Source of the DNA: an uncultured Bacillota bacterium | GTDB lineage: Bacteria; Bacillota_I; Bacilli_A; RFN20; CAG-631 | DNA length: 64,000 nt | NCBI GenBank assembly: GCA_905197115.1 | Contig: CAJJXN010000001.1 | Coordinates: 1,463 to 65,462, forward strand | Direction: 5' to 3' | Part shown: positions 29,709 through 39,840 of the stretch, one piece after another | Numbering within the stretch: the stretch's first letter is position 1 | How the letters are laid out: the number at the start of each line of letters is the position of its first letter | Translations under genes and position numbers: made by a program | The notes under the pieces: model-generated | The model's database searches: none | Told to the model about the DNA's origin: nothing | Seen by the model: the letters and a program-made list of their open reading frames with translations, nothing else

Positions 29709-31001
29709 TTAATTGAGAGCCTCTCCTTCTATATCATATGCATAAGCTTTAGTGATTTTAACTTTAACATAATCACCTATAAAAAGTTTCTTCTCACTTT
29801 TAACGATGACAAAACCATCTACATCATCTGGTGCATAGACATAACTGCGGCCATAATAATTATTGCCATCATAATCTTCAATTAAAACAAGTTGTGTTTG
29901 ATTGATTCGATTTTTATTTTTTTGATAAGAAATTTGTTGTTGAATTTTCATGATTTCATTTTTTCTTTGAGTTGCTATTTTTTTACTTACTTTTGGCTTC
30001 ATTGTAAATGCTTTTGTATCCTCTTCATTTGAAAAAACAAATGCACCCAAATGATCAAATTCAACTTCTTTTATAAATTGTTTAACATCTTCAAAATCTT
30101 CTTGTGTTTCGCCAGGAAAACCTAATATTAAGGTTGTACGGAAAACAGCATGTGGAATTTCTTTTTTTATTTTTTGAATAACTTCTAAATATAATTCTCT
30201 ATTTCCTGTTCGATTCATTTGTTTTAATAAAGAATTCGAACTATGTTGAATAGGAATATCAAAATATGGGAAAATATTATCATTTTGTTTGAAAACTTGA
30301 ATGAGTTCATCACTAATACGATCAGGATATAAATAAAGTAAGCGAATATAAACTTTTTTATCTAACGAAGCAATATCTTGTAATAAATGATGTAAATGAT
30401 AGTTACAGTAAATATCTTTACCATATCGAGTCGTATCTTGGGCGATAATGACAAGTTCTTTGACACCAATTGAAATTAAATATTGAGCTTCATTTAAAAT
30501 ATCTTCTTTTTTATAACTATAATAAGGACCACGAATAAGAGGAATTGCACAATAAGCACAACAATTGGAACATCCTTCTCCAATTTTTAAGTAGGCAATA
30601 GGAAGGTAAGAAGATAAAACTCTATTCTGTGTATTAAAAGTAGAAGGCAAAGAAGTTTTTAAAACTGAGTTTAATAACGAACCTATGTGAGCATATTCAT
30701 CTACACCAATAATTAAATCAATTTCGGGAATTTCTTTTAAAAGTTCTTCTTTATATCTTTTAGCTAAGCAACCAATTACAATTAAAAAAGCGTTATCTTG
30801 TTTTTTATCAATAACATCAAAAATTGTTTGGATAGACTCTTTTTTAGAATCAACGATAAATCCACACGTATTGATGATAATCGCATCTGCGACTTCAATT
30901 TCATCAATGATTTGATGTCCCTCTTTTTTTAATAAACCAAGAACCCATTCGCTATCTACTAAATTTTTTGCACATCCTAAAGAAATCATTCCTATCTTCA
31001 T
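29709..31001 (-). CDS. rimO: ribosomal protein S12 methylthiotransferase
   Basis: MKIGMISLGCAKNLVDSE MTTase N-domain, radical SAM CxxxCxxC (CAYC), C-terminal TRAM domain. Start at the ATG at 31001 with an AAGGTGAG RBS. Confidence 0.85.
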   Translation of the reverse strand: MKIGMISLGCAKNLVDSEWVLGLLKKEGHQIIDEIEVADAIIINTCGFIVDSKKESIQTIFDVIDKKQDNAFLIVIGCLAKRYKEELLKEIPEIDLIIGVDEYAHIGSLLNSVLKTSLPSTFNTQNRVLSSYLPIAYLKIGEGCSNCCAYCAIPLIRGPYYSYKKEDILNEAQYLISIGVKELVIIAQDTTRYGKDIYCNYHLHHLLQDIASLDKKVYIRLLYLYPDRISDELIQVFKQNDNIFPYFDIPIQHSSNSLLKQMNRTGNRELYLEVIQKIKKEIPHAVFRTTLILGFPGETQEDFEDVKQFIKEVEFDHLGAFVFSNEEDTKAFTMKPKVSKKIATQRKNEIMKIQQQISYQKNKNRINQTQLVLIEDYDGNNYYGRSYVYAPDDVDGFVIVKSEKKLFIGDYVKVKITKAYAYDIEGEALN

Positions 31002-31011
31002 ACTTCTCACC

Positions 31012-31959
31012 TTATTTTAATAATTCATCTAATTCTTTTACGATTTGTAAAGTTTCTTCAAAAGTTTGAGCTTTTGCACCAGAGGCATTTGCATGTCCTC
31101 CGCCATTGTGTTTTGAAGCCACTTCGTTAATTGCAATTTTTCGACTTCGTATACTTACTGTCCATAAATTTTTTTCGGCATCTTCTGTAAATGTTACCCA
31201 AATACGGGATTCTTTGTAACCAGAAAATAAATTGACGTAAGCTTTCATTCTTTCTTTTTCCACGCCTAATTCCGCTAATGCTTCTTTGCTTGTATGTGTA
31301 TAAATAACGCCATTTTCCGAAATTTTAAAATTGTTATATAAATATTTTAAAATTTTAATGTCATCTAAACTTTTAGAATACATTTTTTCATAAATATCAG
31401 AAAAATCAATTCCTGTTTCAATTAATTTAGCCGCCACATCGAAAGAACGTTTAGAAGTAGAACTATATTGGAAACGGCCATTATCTCCTACTAAACCGCT
31501 ATATAAATAATATGCTGTTTTTTGACTAATCACATATTTTTTAAATCCAATTAACATTTCACCAATGAGTTCACAAGCAGCACTATAATTACTTTTAACA
31601 ATTTCAATATCTCCAAATGTTTCACAATGAATGTGATGATCTATTTTAATAGTATAACTTGCATTTTTAATAACCTCTTTGCAATCAATACGGTCAAAAT
31701 TTGCTACGTCTAAAATAATAACTAAATAGTCAGTTAAAAATTCTTTAAGAATATCTGTCTTAGGATATAAAGTATCACTAAAAAATTTATGACTTTCACC
31801 GAGAGCATATACCTTTTTATTTTCAAAATTATCTAATATCCAACTTTTTAACCCAAATTGACTTCCTGAAGCATCAAAGTCAGGTATTTCATGTCGTAAA
31901 ATAATAATATTGTCATATTTTTTGATTGCTTTTAAAACATTTTTGTATTGTTTATCCAT
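31012..31959 (-). CDS. nrnA: DHH/DHHA1 phosphoesterase (NrnA-type oligoribonuclease/pAp phosphatase)
   Basis: DHH motif region IDHHIH and DHHA1 GGGH; 315 aa. Confidence 0.8.
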   Translation of the reverse strand: MDKQYKNVLKAIKKYDNIIILRHEIPDFDASGSQFGLKSWILDNFENKKVYALGESHKFFSDTLYPKTDILKEFLTDYLVIILDVANFDRIDCKEVIKNASYTIKIDHHIHCETFGDIEIVKSNYSAACELIGEMLIGFKKYVISQKTAYYLYSGLVGDNGRFQYSSTSKRSFDVAAKLIETGIDFSDIYEKMYSKSLDDIKILKYLYNNFKISENGVIYTHTSKEALAELGVEKERMKAYVNLFSGYKESRIWVTFTEDAEKNLWTVSIRSRKIAINEVASKHNGGGHANASGAKAQTFEETLQIVKELDELLK

Positions 31960-33145
31960 TTTTAATCACCAAATCATATGTGTCTCTTGCAATCATTATT
32001 TCTTCGTTTGTAGGAATAATGTAAACTTTTACTTTTGAATTTGGAGTAGAAATTAATTTTCCTTTACCTAAATCAATGGCTTTGCTTTCATCCACTTCAA
32101 TACCAAGTGCTTCAGCAATCATAGGCATTAATCTTGTACGTGTGCTAACTGAATTTTCTCCCACACCAGCGGTGAATACTAATACATCGCAACCGCCCAA
32201 TTCAACAAAATAAGAACCAATATATTGAGCAACACGATGGCAATAAACTTTTTGTGCGAGTAAGCAACGATGATCATTTTTAGCAATTCCTTTATCAATG
32301 TCGCGCATATCACTTGATATTCCAGAAACACCAAGTAATCCTGATTTTTTATTCAAAACATCGTTTGCTTTCGTATAATCTAATTGGTCTTTTTCCATCA
32401 TATATAAAACAGCTGATGGATCTGTATCGCCACAACGAGTCCCCATCATAATGCCTCCTAAAGGAGTGAAACCCATAGAAGTATCTACACATTTTCCATT
32501 TTTAATTGCACATAAAGATGCTCCTGAACCTAAATGGCATGAAATTAAACGATAATTCTTTGTTTTTTCAAATTCTTCTACGACAGAAGCGATATATTTA
32601 TGAGATGTTCCGTGTGCTCCGTAGCGACGAATTGAATGTTTTTGATAATATTCATATGGAATCGGAAAAATAAATTTTTCTTCTTCAATGGTTTGATGAA
32701 AAGCAGTATCAAACACAAAAGTATGAACGACATTTGGTAATAATTCATGGAAAGCTTCATATCCTTGCAAATTCGCTTTATTATGCAAAGGAGCAAATTG
32801 AGCTAAATAAGCAACTTTATCAGCGGCTTCCTTTGTAACCACAACTGTACGGTCAAATAATTCTCCCCCTTGAACAACACGATGGCCGACACCTTTTATT
32901 TCATTTATGTCTTTTACAATACCCATTTCTAAAACAGTTTTTAACACTAAATTAACTGCATCTTTTTGTGTTTTAACAGGTAAAATTGTTTCATTTTTCT
33001 TTCCTTGATATTTAATTGTAAAAACAGAATCTTCAAATCCAATTCTTTCAACTTGGCCTACCGTAATAACTTCTTCTTCAGGCATTTCAATTAGTTGAAA
33101 TTTTAATGATGAACTTCCAGCGTTGACAGCAAATATTTTTTTCAT
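31952..33145 (-). CDS. ackA: acetate kinase
   Basis: MKKIFAVNAGSSSLKFQL N-terminus, VHRVVQGG and FDTAFHQT motifs. Start at the ATG at 33145 with a GGAGG RBS. Confidence 0.9.
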   Translation of the reverse strand: MKKIFAVNAGSSSLKFQLIEMPEEEVITVGQVERIGFEDSVFTIKYQGKKNETILPVKTQKDAVNLVLKTVLEMGIVKDINEIKGVGHRVVQGGELFDRTVVVTKEAADKVAYLAQFAPLHNKANLQGYEAFHELLPNVVHTFVFDTAFHQTIEEEKFIFPIPYEYYQKHSIRRYGAHGTSHKYIASVVEEFEKTKNYRLISCHLGSGASLCAIKNGKCVDTSMGFTPLGGIMMGTRCGDTDPSAVLYMMEKDQLDYTKANDVLNKKSGLLGVSGISSDMRDIDKGIAKNDHRCLLAQKVYCHRVAQYIGSYFVELGGCDVLVFTAGVGENSVSTRTRLMPMIAEALGIEVDESKAIDLGKGKLISTPNSKVKVYIIPTNEEIMIARDTYDLVIKNG

Positions 33146-33214
33146 ATTTTTAATCCTCCAATAAAAAAATAACAATAGTATTTTACTATTGTTGAGGTAA
33201 AAAGTCAAAAAATG

Positions 33215-34051
33215 TTAAAGAGGGAGTAAAATATAAAAACCAGTATAATCATCATTGCTAATCGTTCGGATTTGTCCATGATGTTTTTCAATTAAACGTT
33301 TAACACAATTTAATCCAATGCCTGTACCCGCTAATTCATCACGTTTTTCTTGAGTTGTAGTTGTACTAGAATATAAAAGATTTTCGTAAGAATTTAAAAC
33401 TTTATTTTTTTCTTTGGCTTTTTTAATTAATTTTGGATAATTAATTCGAAGACCATCATTAATAATTTTTAATTTAAGCTGCAAAGGATTGTAATGAACA
33501 TTCATTTTTATAATCATTTCTTTATTAAAATACCCATGTTTGATTGCATTTTTAATGATTTGATAAGCAATTTGGTAAACATCTTGTGCTAAACTTTTAC
33601 AAAGATGTCCACCATTATGAATTAGCATAATTTTTATTTTTTTATTTTGTGTATGATTTAATACATCAAATTCATTTTTAATGGTTGAAAACAATTCTTT
33701 GATTGAAATTGCATCTTTATCTATTAGTACATCAATTGTATCCACTATATTTTTTAAAACTTGAGCTACTTTTAAATTTAGTAAATAGAGATCATCTTTT
33801 GTAGTAGGATTTTTAATTAACTTTAAATATAGTTCTTCCAAAAGATGTAATTGCTTCATTTCAGCATTTAACTTTAAAAAGCCTAACGTTCCTTTCATCG
33901 TGTGAATCAAACGAAAACTTTCTTCTAAAACATCATCTACATCCATTAAATTAAAATTATGCGCGTCGGATAATAATTCATTAATTTTAATGAATCGTTG
34001 ATAGTCATTATACAAACATTGAACAAAAAAAGAATCTGCAACCATGGGCAA
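33215..34051 (-). CDS. Hpt-like domain fused to HATPase_c (GHKL) domain; mini-CheA-like orphan kinase
   Basis: Hpt-like block SFRLIHTMKGTLGFLKL (CheA P1 consensus H.(L/M)KGs.g..G). GHKL N-box AYQIIKNAIKHG and G-box DELAGTGIGL. No TM, HisKA or receiver domain. Confidence 0.5.
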   Translation of the reverse strand: MPMVADSFFVQCLYNDYQRFIKINELLSDAHNFNLMDVDDVLEESFRLIHTMKGTLGFLKLNAEMKQLHLLEELYLKLIKNPTTKDDLYLLNLKVAQVLKNIVDTIDVLIDKDAISIKELFSTIKNEFDVLNHTQNKKIKIMLIHNGGHLCKSLAQDVYQIAYQIIKNAIKHGYFNKEMIIKMNVHYNPLQLKLKIINDGLRINYPKLIKKAKEKNKVLNSYENLLYSSTTTTQEKRDELAGTGIGLNCVKRLIEKHHGQIRTISNDDYTGFYILLPL

Positions 34052-34149
34052 TCCTTCCTTTCAGTGCAGATTCATTGTAACTTATTTTTTATAATAATTA
34101 TGTCGATAAGTGAAAGATTTGTTCGACAAAAAATGACATTTTAAAAGAA

Positions 34150-35067
34150 TTATAGTTGATTTTGTAGATTTGCGTATTCTTTTGCGATTTTTGCGCCAAT
34201 TTTCGCATTATTATAGATTAAAGCAATATTGGCTTTTAAACTATCACCTTTTGTTTCTTCAACAATTTTTTTAAGTAAAAAAGGAGTTACTTCTTTTCCT
34301 TTAATTCCTTGTTTTTTAGCTTCGTTTAATGCTTGCGATATAAAAAAGTTAATTTTATCATTTGGAATAGAATCTTTTAAAGGGATTGGATTTGAAATTA
34401 AAATTCCACCTTGTAATTGAAGTTGTCTTTTTACAAAAATAGCTTGCGCAATTTCTTTTTCATTATCCATTTTATAATCTAATTTTAAGCCGCTTGATTG
34501 GCTATAAAAAGCAGCTAATTCTTCACTTTGATATCCTAAAACAGGAACACCCATTGTTTCTAAATATTCTAAAGTAAGTTCTAAATCTAAAATGGCTTTT
34601 GCGCCAGCACACACAACACTTACATTCGTGTGAGCAAGTTCTTGTAAATCAGCACTAATATCAAATGTTTCTTGGGCTCCTTTATGGACGCCCCCTATTC
34701 CACCAGTAACAAATACCTCGATATTAGCCATATTTGCAAAAATCATAGTTGTAGCAACTGTAGTCGCTCCCCACATTTTTTTAGCAAGAATGACGGGCAA
34801 ATCTCTCCTACTTGCTTTGACAATATTTGGTCGCTTTCCAAATAATTCAATTTCTTCTTTGCTCATTCCTACGACAGCCACACCATCAATTATGCCAATA
34901 GTGGCTGGAATGGCACCATTTTCTCTTACAATGCGTTCTACTTCTAAGGCTGTCTTGACATTGTCAGGGTAAGGCATTCCATGAGAAATAATTGTCGATT
35001 CTAACGCTACGACCGGTTTTTTTTCTAAAATAGCTTGTTTCACTTCATCGCTTATTTTAATATACAT
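34150..35067 (-). CDS. psuG: pseudouridine-5'-phosphate glycosidase
   Basis: MYIKISDEVKQAILEKKPVVALESTIISHGMPYP, indigoidine synthase A-like family. Confidence 0.85.
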   Translation of the reverse strand: MYIKISDEVKQAILEKKPVVALESTIISHGMPYPDNVKTALEVERIVRENGAIPATIGIIDGVAVVGMSKEEIELFGKRPNIVKASRRDLPVILAKKMWGATTVATTMIFANMANIEVFVTGGIGGVHKGAQETFDISADLQELAHTNVSVVCAGAKAILDLELTLEYLETMGVPVLGYQSEELAAFYSQSSGLKLDYKMDNEKEIAQAIFVKRQLQLQGGILISNPIPLKDSIPNDKINFFISQALNEAKKQGIKGKEVTPFLLKKIVEETKGDSLKANIALIYNNAKIGAKIAKEYANLQNQL

Positions 35068-35190
35068 ATCTTTCAACCTTCTTTCAAAAGTATTGTACCT
35101 TATTTTTTAAAAAAAGAGAAATATATTTAAAAGATTTGCATTTTATAAAAAAAATTATTATAATATGTAATTGATTTGGAGGATAAAAAA

Positions 35191-35370
35191 ATGGCAAAAG
35201 TTAGAGTTGAAGATACTTGTATTGGTTGCGGTATGTGCGTTAGCTTAGCATCTGCAGTATTTGCTTTTGATGCTTCTGGAGAAAAAGCTGAAGTTATCAA
35301 TAATGAAGTAGATAGTACTGTTGAAGAAGCTGCTGCTAGTTGTCCAGTTGCTGCAATTGTTATTGAATAA
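35191..35370 (+). CDS. 4Fe-4S ferredoxin
   Basis: CIGCGMC...CPVAAI; GGAGG RBS. Confidence 0.8.
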   Translation: MAKVRVEDTCIGCGMCVSLASAVFAFDASGEKAEVINNEVDSTVEEAAASCPVAAIVIE

Positions 35371-35371
35371 T

Positions 35372-35400
35372 TAAAAAGAGGAGAAACTCCTCTTTTTAAT
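35372..35400. terminator. bidirectional rho-independent terminator
   Basis: aaagaggag-aaac-tcctcttt perfect stem between convergent ferredoxin and ribU. Confidence 0.7.
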
Positions 35401-35401
35401 T

Positions 35402-35953
35402 TTAAAATTTTTGTAATAAAGTAGAAATTCTCTTATACACTAAGAAAGTAATACAAGCAACCGCAATTGATAAGATTGCGTTAAATGGTAAGACATTAGC
35501 AAATAAGTAAGAATTCATAAATTGTTTATTATGAAGTGATTGTGCATCAAAAAACATCGGTGCTAATACAAAAGCATTCATTAATAATGCTACTATTATC
35601 CAAACAAGAGTGCCTATTAATAAAGCAAGAATAGCACTTTTTTTTGTTTTATTCTTGTAATAAATAAATGAAGCAATTCCAACGGCAAAAATCCCAATGG
35701 CTAAATCGGCTAATTCTCCTACTACTCCCGTGTTAGACATTGGAAGTTTAATTAAAAATCGAATCATAACGACAAGCATTCCACCCCATGGGTTTAATGC
35801 AAATCCTGCTAAATAAGCAGGTAAATTTGAAAATTGAATTTTTAAAAACGACGCAAAAATAGGCAAAGGAAAACTAATAAAATACAAAACAATTGAAAGA
35901 GCCGAAAACATGGCAACTTTCACAGAAAATGACACGGCTTTATTTCTCATCAT
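35402..35953 (-). CDS. ribU: ECF-transporter S component, riboflavin-specific (RibU)
   Basis: LKIQFSNLPAYLAGFALNPWGG resembles RibU LKIDFSDVPAII. Immediately downstream of an FMN riboswitch. Confidence 0.75.
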   Translation of the reverse strand: MMRNKAVSFSVKVAMFSALSIVLYFISFPLPIFASFLKIQFSNLPAYLAGFALNPWGGMLVVMIRFLIKLPMSNTGVVGELADLAIGIFAVGIASFIYYKNKTKKSAILALLIGTLVWIIVALLMNAFVLAPMFFDAQSLHNKQFMNSYLFANVLPFNAILSIAVACITFLVYKRISTLLQKF

Positions 35954-35967
35954 AACACTCCTTTAAA

Positions 35968-36108
35968 ATAAAAAAAGACCGCATCAGGGTGGTCAAAAAG
36001 ATTCTTCTTTTATCCAGACTTTAACTGTCGGCACTAGAATTTAACTAGTTCTGCTTTCGCTCGCGGGCTTTACCGCCGATTAGGAATTACACCTGACCCT
36101 GAAGATAA
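35968..36108 (-). promoter_or_regulatory. FMN riboswitch (RFN element) plus terminator, leader of ribU
   Basis: Minus-strand RNA reads CTTCAGGGTCAGGTGTAATTCCTAATCGGCGGTAAAGCCCGCGAGCG...GTGCCGACAGTTAAAGTCTGGATAAAAGAAGA, matching the RFN conserved blocks. This is followed by GACCACCCTGATGCGGTCTTTTTT. Confidence 0.85.
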
Positions 36109-36183
36109 TATCATTATACACCATTTTTTTAGAAAGTGAATATTTTCTCATTAATTTGAATATATTTTGATGAGGTGTGTAAA

Positions 36184-37674
36184 ATGGATAATAAAAAAAA
36201 CACAAATATAACGAATAATTATGGTCGTTTTGTTGAAAATGATATTAGTTCTTTAACTGTAGGAGAATTAGGACCCACTTTAATTGAGGATACGCAATTA
36301 ATTCAAAAATTAGCTCATTTTAATCGTGAAAGAATTCCCGAACGCGTAGCTTTTGCAAGAGGAGCAGGAGCAATGGGATATTTTGAAGTGGAAGAGAGTA
36401 TGAAACAATATACGAAAGCTCGCTTTTTACAAAACAAAGGAGAAAGGACAAAAGTTTTTGTACGTTTTTCAACATTTGTATTGTCAAAAGGTTCCTCGGA
36501 AGTAGTCAGAGATATTCGAGGTATGAATATAAAGTTTTATACTAATGAAGGTAATTATGATTTAGTTAATATTCATTTACCTGTATTTTATGTACGTGAT
36601 GCCATGCGTTTGCCAGATTTATTGCATGCTTTAAAGCCTTCCCCTGTTACGAATTTAATTCTACCAGAAAGAACATGGCAATATTTTTCTTTGCTTCCTG
36701 AAACTTTACATGCAATTACTTATTTATATGCTAAGTATGGTATTCCTGCAAGTTATACACAAATGGAAGGACATTCAGTGTGTGCTTATAAATGGATTAA
36801 TGAAAACAATGATGTTAGCTATGTAAAATATCATTTTATTCCTAAAAATAAAGCAGCTTATTTGACCAAACAAGAAGCACAAGAAATTCAAAAAAACACA
36901 TCTGCTTCAGCAACGAATAATTTATATGCAAATATTTTTAATAAAAATTATCCAAAATGGGATGTTTATGTCCAAATCATGGACGAAAAAGCTTTAGATA
37001 CTTTTCCTTTCCACCCATTTGATCCAACAAAAGTTTGGAGTGAAGAAGTTCTCCCACTACAAAAAGTAGGAACCCTTACTTTAAACGAAATTCCCGACAA
37101 TTTTTATGAATATAGTGAACAAGTTGCTTTTGATCCTGGTTCTTTTGTTCCTGGTATTGAAGCTTCTGAAAGTAAACTTTTACAAGGCTTATTATTTGCT
37201 TATCCAGATGCCAATCGTTATCGCTTAGGGATTAATTACCCATATTTAAAAGTCAATATGCCATTAGATGGCATTCATAATTATCAACAAAATGGAAGAA
37301 TGGATATTCGAAATCAAAAAGGAGAAATTAATTTTTTCCCTAATAGAGATCCGAATTCATTAAAAGAAGCAACGGATAGTCATTATAGTGAAGGAAAATA
37401 TTTTATTAAAGGCGTGGTTATTTCTCGCTTTAAGAATGAATATAATGATAACTTTGAACAAGTAGGCGAATTATATAGAAGTTATACAAAACAAGAACAA
37501 GATCAATTAATTGAAAATCTTACGAATGCTTTACAAGGCGTTAGCCGACCTATTGTAGAACAAATGGTATTTTATTTTTATTCAGCCGATTCAGAATATG
37601 GACAACGAATGGCAGACAATTTTAATTTAAATATGCAAAATATTATTTTAAAATATGATCAAACCTTAAACTAA
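36184..37674 (+). CDS. katA: monofunctional heme catalase
   Basis: FNRERIPERVAFARGAGAMGYFEV and further catalase core blocks. GAGGTG RBS before the ATG at 36184. Confidence 0.9.
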   Translation: MDNKKNTNITNNYGRFVENDISSLTVGELGPTLIEDTQLIQKLAHFNRERIPERVAFARGAGAMGYFEVEESMKQYTKARFLQNKGERTKVFVRFSTFVLSKGSSEVVRDIRGMNIKFYTNEGNYDLVNIHLPVFYVRDAMRLPDLLHALKPSPVTNLILPERTWQYFSLLPETLHAITYLYAKYGIPASYTQMEGHSVCAYKWINENNDVSYVKYHFIPKNKAAYLTKQEAQEIQKNTSASATNNLYANIFNKNYPKWDVYVQIMDEKALDTFPFHPFDPTKVWSEEVLPLQKVGTLTLNEIPDNFYEYSEQVAFDPGSFVPGIEASESKLLQGLLFAYPDANRYRLGINYPYLKVNMPLDGIHNYQQNGRMDIRNQKGEINFFPNRDPNSLKEATDSHYSEGKYFIKGVVISRFKNEYNDNFEQVGELYRSYTKQEQDQLIENLTNALQGVSRPIVEQMVFYFYSADSEYGQRMADNFNLNMQNIILKYDQTLN

Positions 37675-37699
37675 AACTCCAATCTTTGGAGTTTTTTGC
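37673..37699 (+). terminator. rho-independent terminator after catalase
   Basis: aaactccaa-tctt-tggagttt followed by a T-tract. Confidence 0.65.
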
Positions 37700-37753
37700 T
37701 TTTTACTCTTTCTAAAATAAATAAAAAGAGATAAAATAAAAATGGTGATGAAG

Positions 37754-39079
37754 ATGAGTGAAACAATTGTATCTTTAAGTAGTGGGGCGATAAAAGCAGC
37801 TATTTCAATTATTCGTTTAAGTGGGGATAATTGCTTTGAAGTTGTTCAAAGTATCTTTTCAAATAAAACGAAGTATGAACATCAAAAAATATATTATGGT
37901 TATATTCAAGATCATAGTGAAATAATAGATGAAGTAATGATTTCTTTTTTTTATGCTCCTAAAAGTTTTACCTGTGAAAATATGGCAGAAATAAATTGTC
38001 ATGGAAATCCTTATATTGTTCAAAAAATTATTGCATTGTGTATTCAACATGGAGCTAGACTAGCTCAACGAGGAGAATTTACAAAAAGAGCTTTTTTAAA
38101 TGGTCGTATTGATTTAATTAAAGCTGAATCAGTGAATGATTTAATTAATGCGAGCAATCAACAAGCTGTAAAATTAGCTTTAAGTGGATTAAAAGGTTTG
38201 ACTTCTAAATATGTTGTAGATTTGAGCGAACAATTGTTAGATGTAATTACTACAATTGAAGTGAATATAGATTATCCAGAATATGATGATGTAGAGGAAC
38301 TAACCCATAAAACGATTTTGCCAAAAATAGAAGGCTTTTTAAAATTGTTAGAAAAAGTGATTGATGATACCAAACGAGGACAGACCATTAAAGATGGTAT
38401 TCATACAGTTATTTTAGGAAAGCCGAATGTGGGAAAATCAAGTTTGTTAAATGCTTTGTTGAAAGAAGACAAGGCAATTGTGACTGAAATTGCAGGAACA
38501 ACAAGAGATATTGTTGAAGGAAGTATTGATTTTAATGGCATTACGCTTCATTTAATTGATACAGCTGGAATTCATAAAGGCAATGATAAAATAGAAGAAA
38601 TAGGTATTCAAAAATCTTATAATGCTTTGCAAAATGCGCAATTAGTTTTATTGGTTTTAGATGGTTCAGCCCCTTTAACTTTAGAAGATGAAGAATTGAT
38701 AGAATTAACCAAAAACACACAACGCATTATTGTTTTAAATAAGAATGACGAAGAAACTGTCGTTTCTATCGATAATAGTGTATCTGTAAGTGCAAAAGAA
38801 GGTAATTTAAAAGAATTAGAAAATAAAATAAAAGAAATGTTTAATCAACTCATCTATAATGATGATCCATTATTATTTAATGCTCGCCAATTAGGACTAT
38901 TACAAAAAGCTCAGATGCATTTAGTTGAAGCTCAATCACAAGCACTTCAACATCAAGTGATTGATTTGATTTCTATTGATATTCATCAAGCATATCAATG
39001 TATATTAGAAATTCTTGGAAAAAGAAATAAAATTGATTTATTGACTCATATCTTTTCTAAGTTTTGTTTGGGGAAATAA
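37754..39079 (+). CDS. mnmE: tRNA modification GTPase MnmE (TrmE)
   Basis: GKPNVGKSSLLNALL G1 motif, DTAG, NKND, C-terminal CLGK. Confidence 0.9.
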   Translation: MSETIVSLSSGAIKAAISIIRLSGDNCFEVVQSIFSNKTKYEHQKIYYGYIQDHSEIIDEVMISFFYAPKSFTCENMAEINCHGNPYIVQKIIALCIQHGARLAQRGEFTKRAFLNGRIDLIKAESVNDLINASNQQAVKLALSGLKGLTSKYVVDLSEQLLDVITTIEVNIDYPEYDDVEELTHKTILPKIEGFLKLLEKVIDDTKRGQTIKDGIHTVILGKPNVGKSSLLNALLKEDKAIVTEIAGTTRDIVEGSIDFNGITLHLIDTAGIHKGNDKIEEIGIQKSYNALQNAQLVLLVLDGSAPLTLEDEELIELTKNTQRIIVLNKNDEETVVSIDNSVSVSAKEGNLKELENKIKEMFNQLIYNDDPLLFNARQLGLLQKAQMHLVEAQSQALQHQVIDLISIDIHQAYQCILEILGKRNKIDLLTHIFSKFCLGK

Positions 39080-39081
39080 AT

Positions 39082-39840
39082 ATGATATTCAATACGCATA
39101 CACATTTAAATGATTCACGAGTAGAAAATGTCGCTGAATTGGTAAAAAATGCAAACAATTTAGGAGTTACACATATGGCCGTTGTAGGAAGTGATTTATT
39201 AACTTCTAAAAAAGCAATTGAAATAGCTAAGCAATATAATCATATTTATGCCATATGTGGTATACATCCTTGTGATATTCCTTCTTTTTTGAATCAATAT
39301 GAAGTTTTAAAATCTTATATTGAAGATTTGAAGACAATTGGAATAGGAGAGATTGGTTTAGATTATCATTATGATGATGTGCCGAAAGAAACGCAATTAT
39401 TTTACTTCGAAGAATTTTTAAAATTAGCTTGTTTGTATAAAAAACCTGTGATTATTCATTGCCGAGAAGCGTATAATGATACATTTCAATTGTTAGAAAA
39501 ATACCATAAACAATTAGATGGAATTATTATGCATTGTTATAGTGGTAGTGTTGAAATGATGCAACGATTTTTAAAATTAGGTTGTTATATCTCCATTGCT
39601 GGAACAGTAACTTTTAAAAATGCCAAAGAAATTAAAGAAGTGGCTAAGACTGTTCCACTTGACAAATTACTAGTAGAAACGGATGATCCATATTTAACAC
39701 CCGTTCCTTTTAGAGGACAACAAAACCAACCTGCTTATGTAACTTACGTTATAGAAGAAATTGCTTCTTTAAGAAATATGACCAAAGAAGAAATAAGTAA
39801 GCAAACTTATTTAAATGCTTGTGAGGTATTTCATTTATGA
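39082..39840 (+). CDS. tatD: TatD-family deoxyribonuclease
   Basis: MIFNTHTHLND N-terminal metal-binding motif. Starts 3 nt after the mnmE stop. Confidence 0.85.
   Translation: MIFNTHTHLNDSRVENVAELVKNANNLGVTHMAVVGSDLLTSKKAIEIAKQYNHIYAICGIHPCDIPSFLNQYEVLKSYIEDLKTIGIGEIGLDYHYDDVPKETQLFYFEEFLKLACLYKKPVIIHCREAYNDTFQLLEKYHKQLDGIIMHCYSGSVEMMQRFLKLGCYISIAGTVTFKNAKEIKEVAKTVPLDKLLVETDDPYLTPVPFRGQQNQPAYVTYVIEEIASLRNMTKEEISKQTYLNACEVFHL

Noticed and set aside
33215-34051. Considered calling the Hpt-HATPase ORF a classical sensor histidine kinase
   Set aside because: No TM segments, no HisKA/DHp H-box and no neighbouring response regulator. Described instead as an orphan Hpt plus GHKL ATPase protein.
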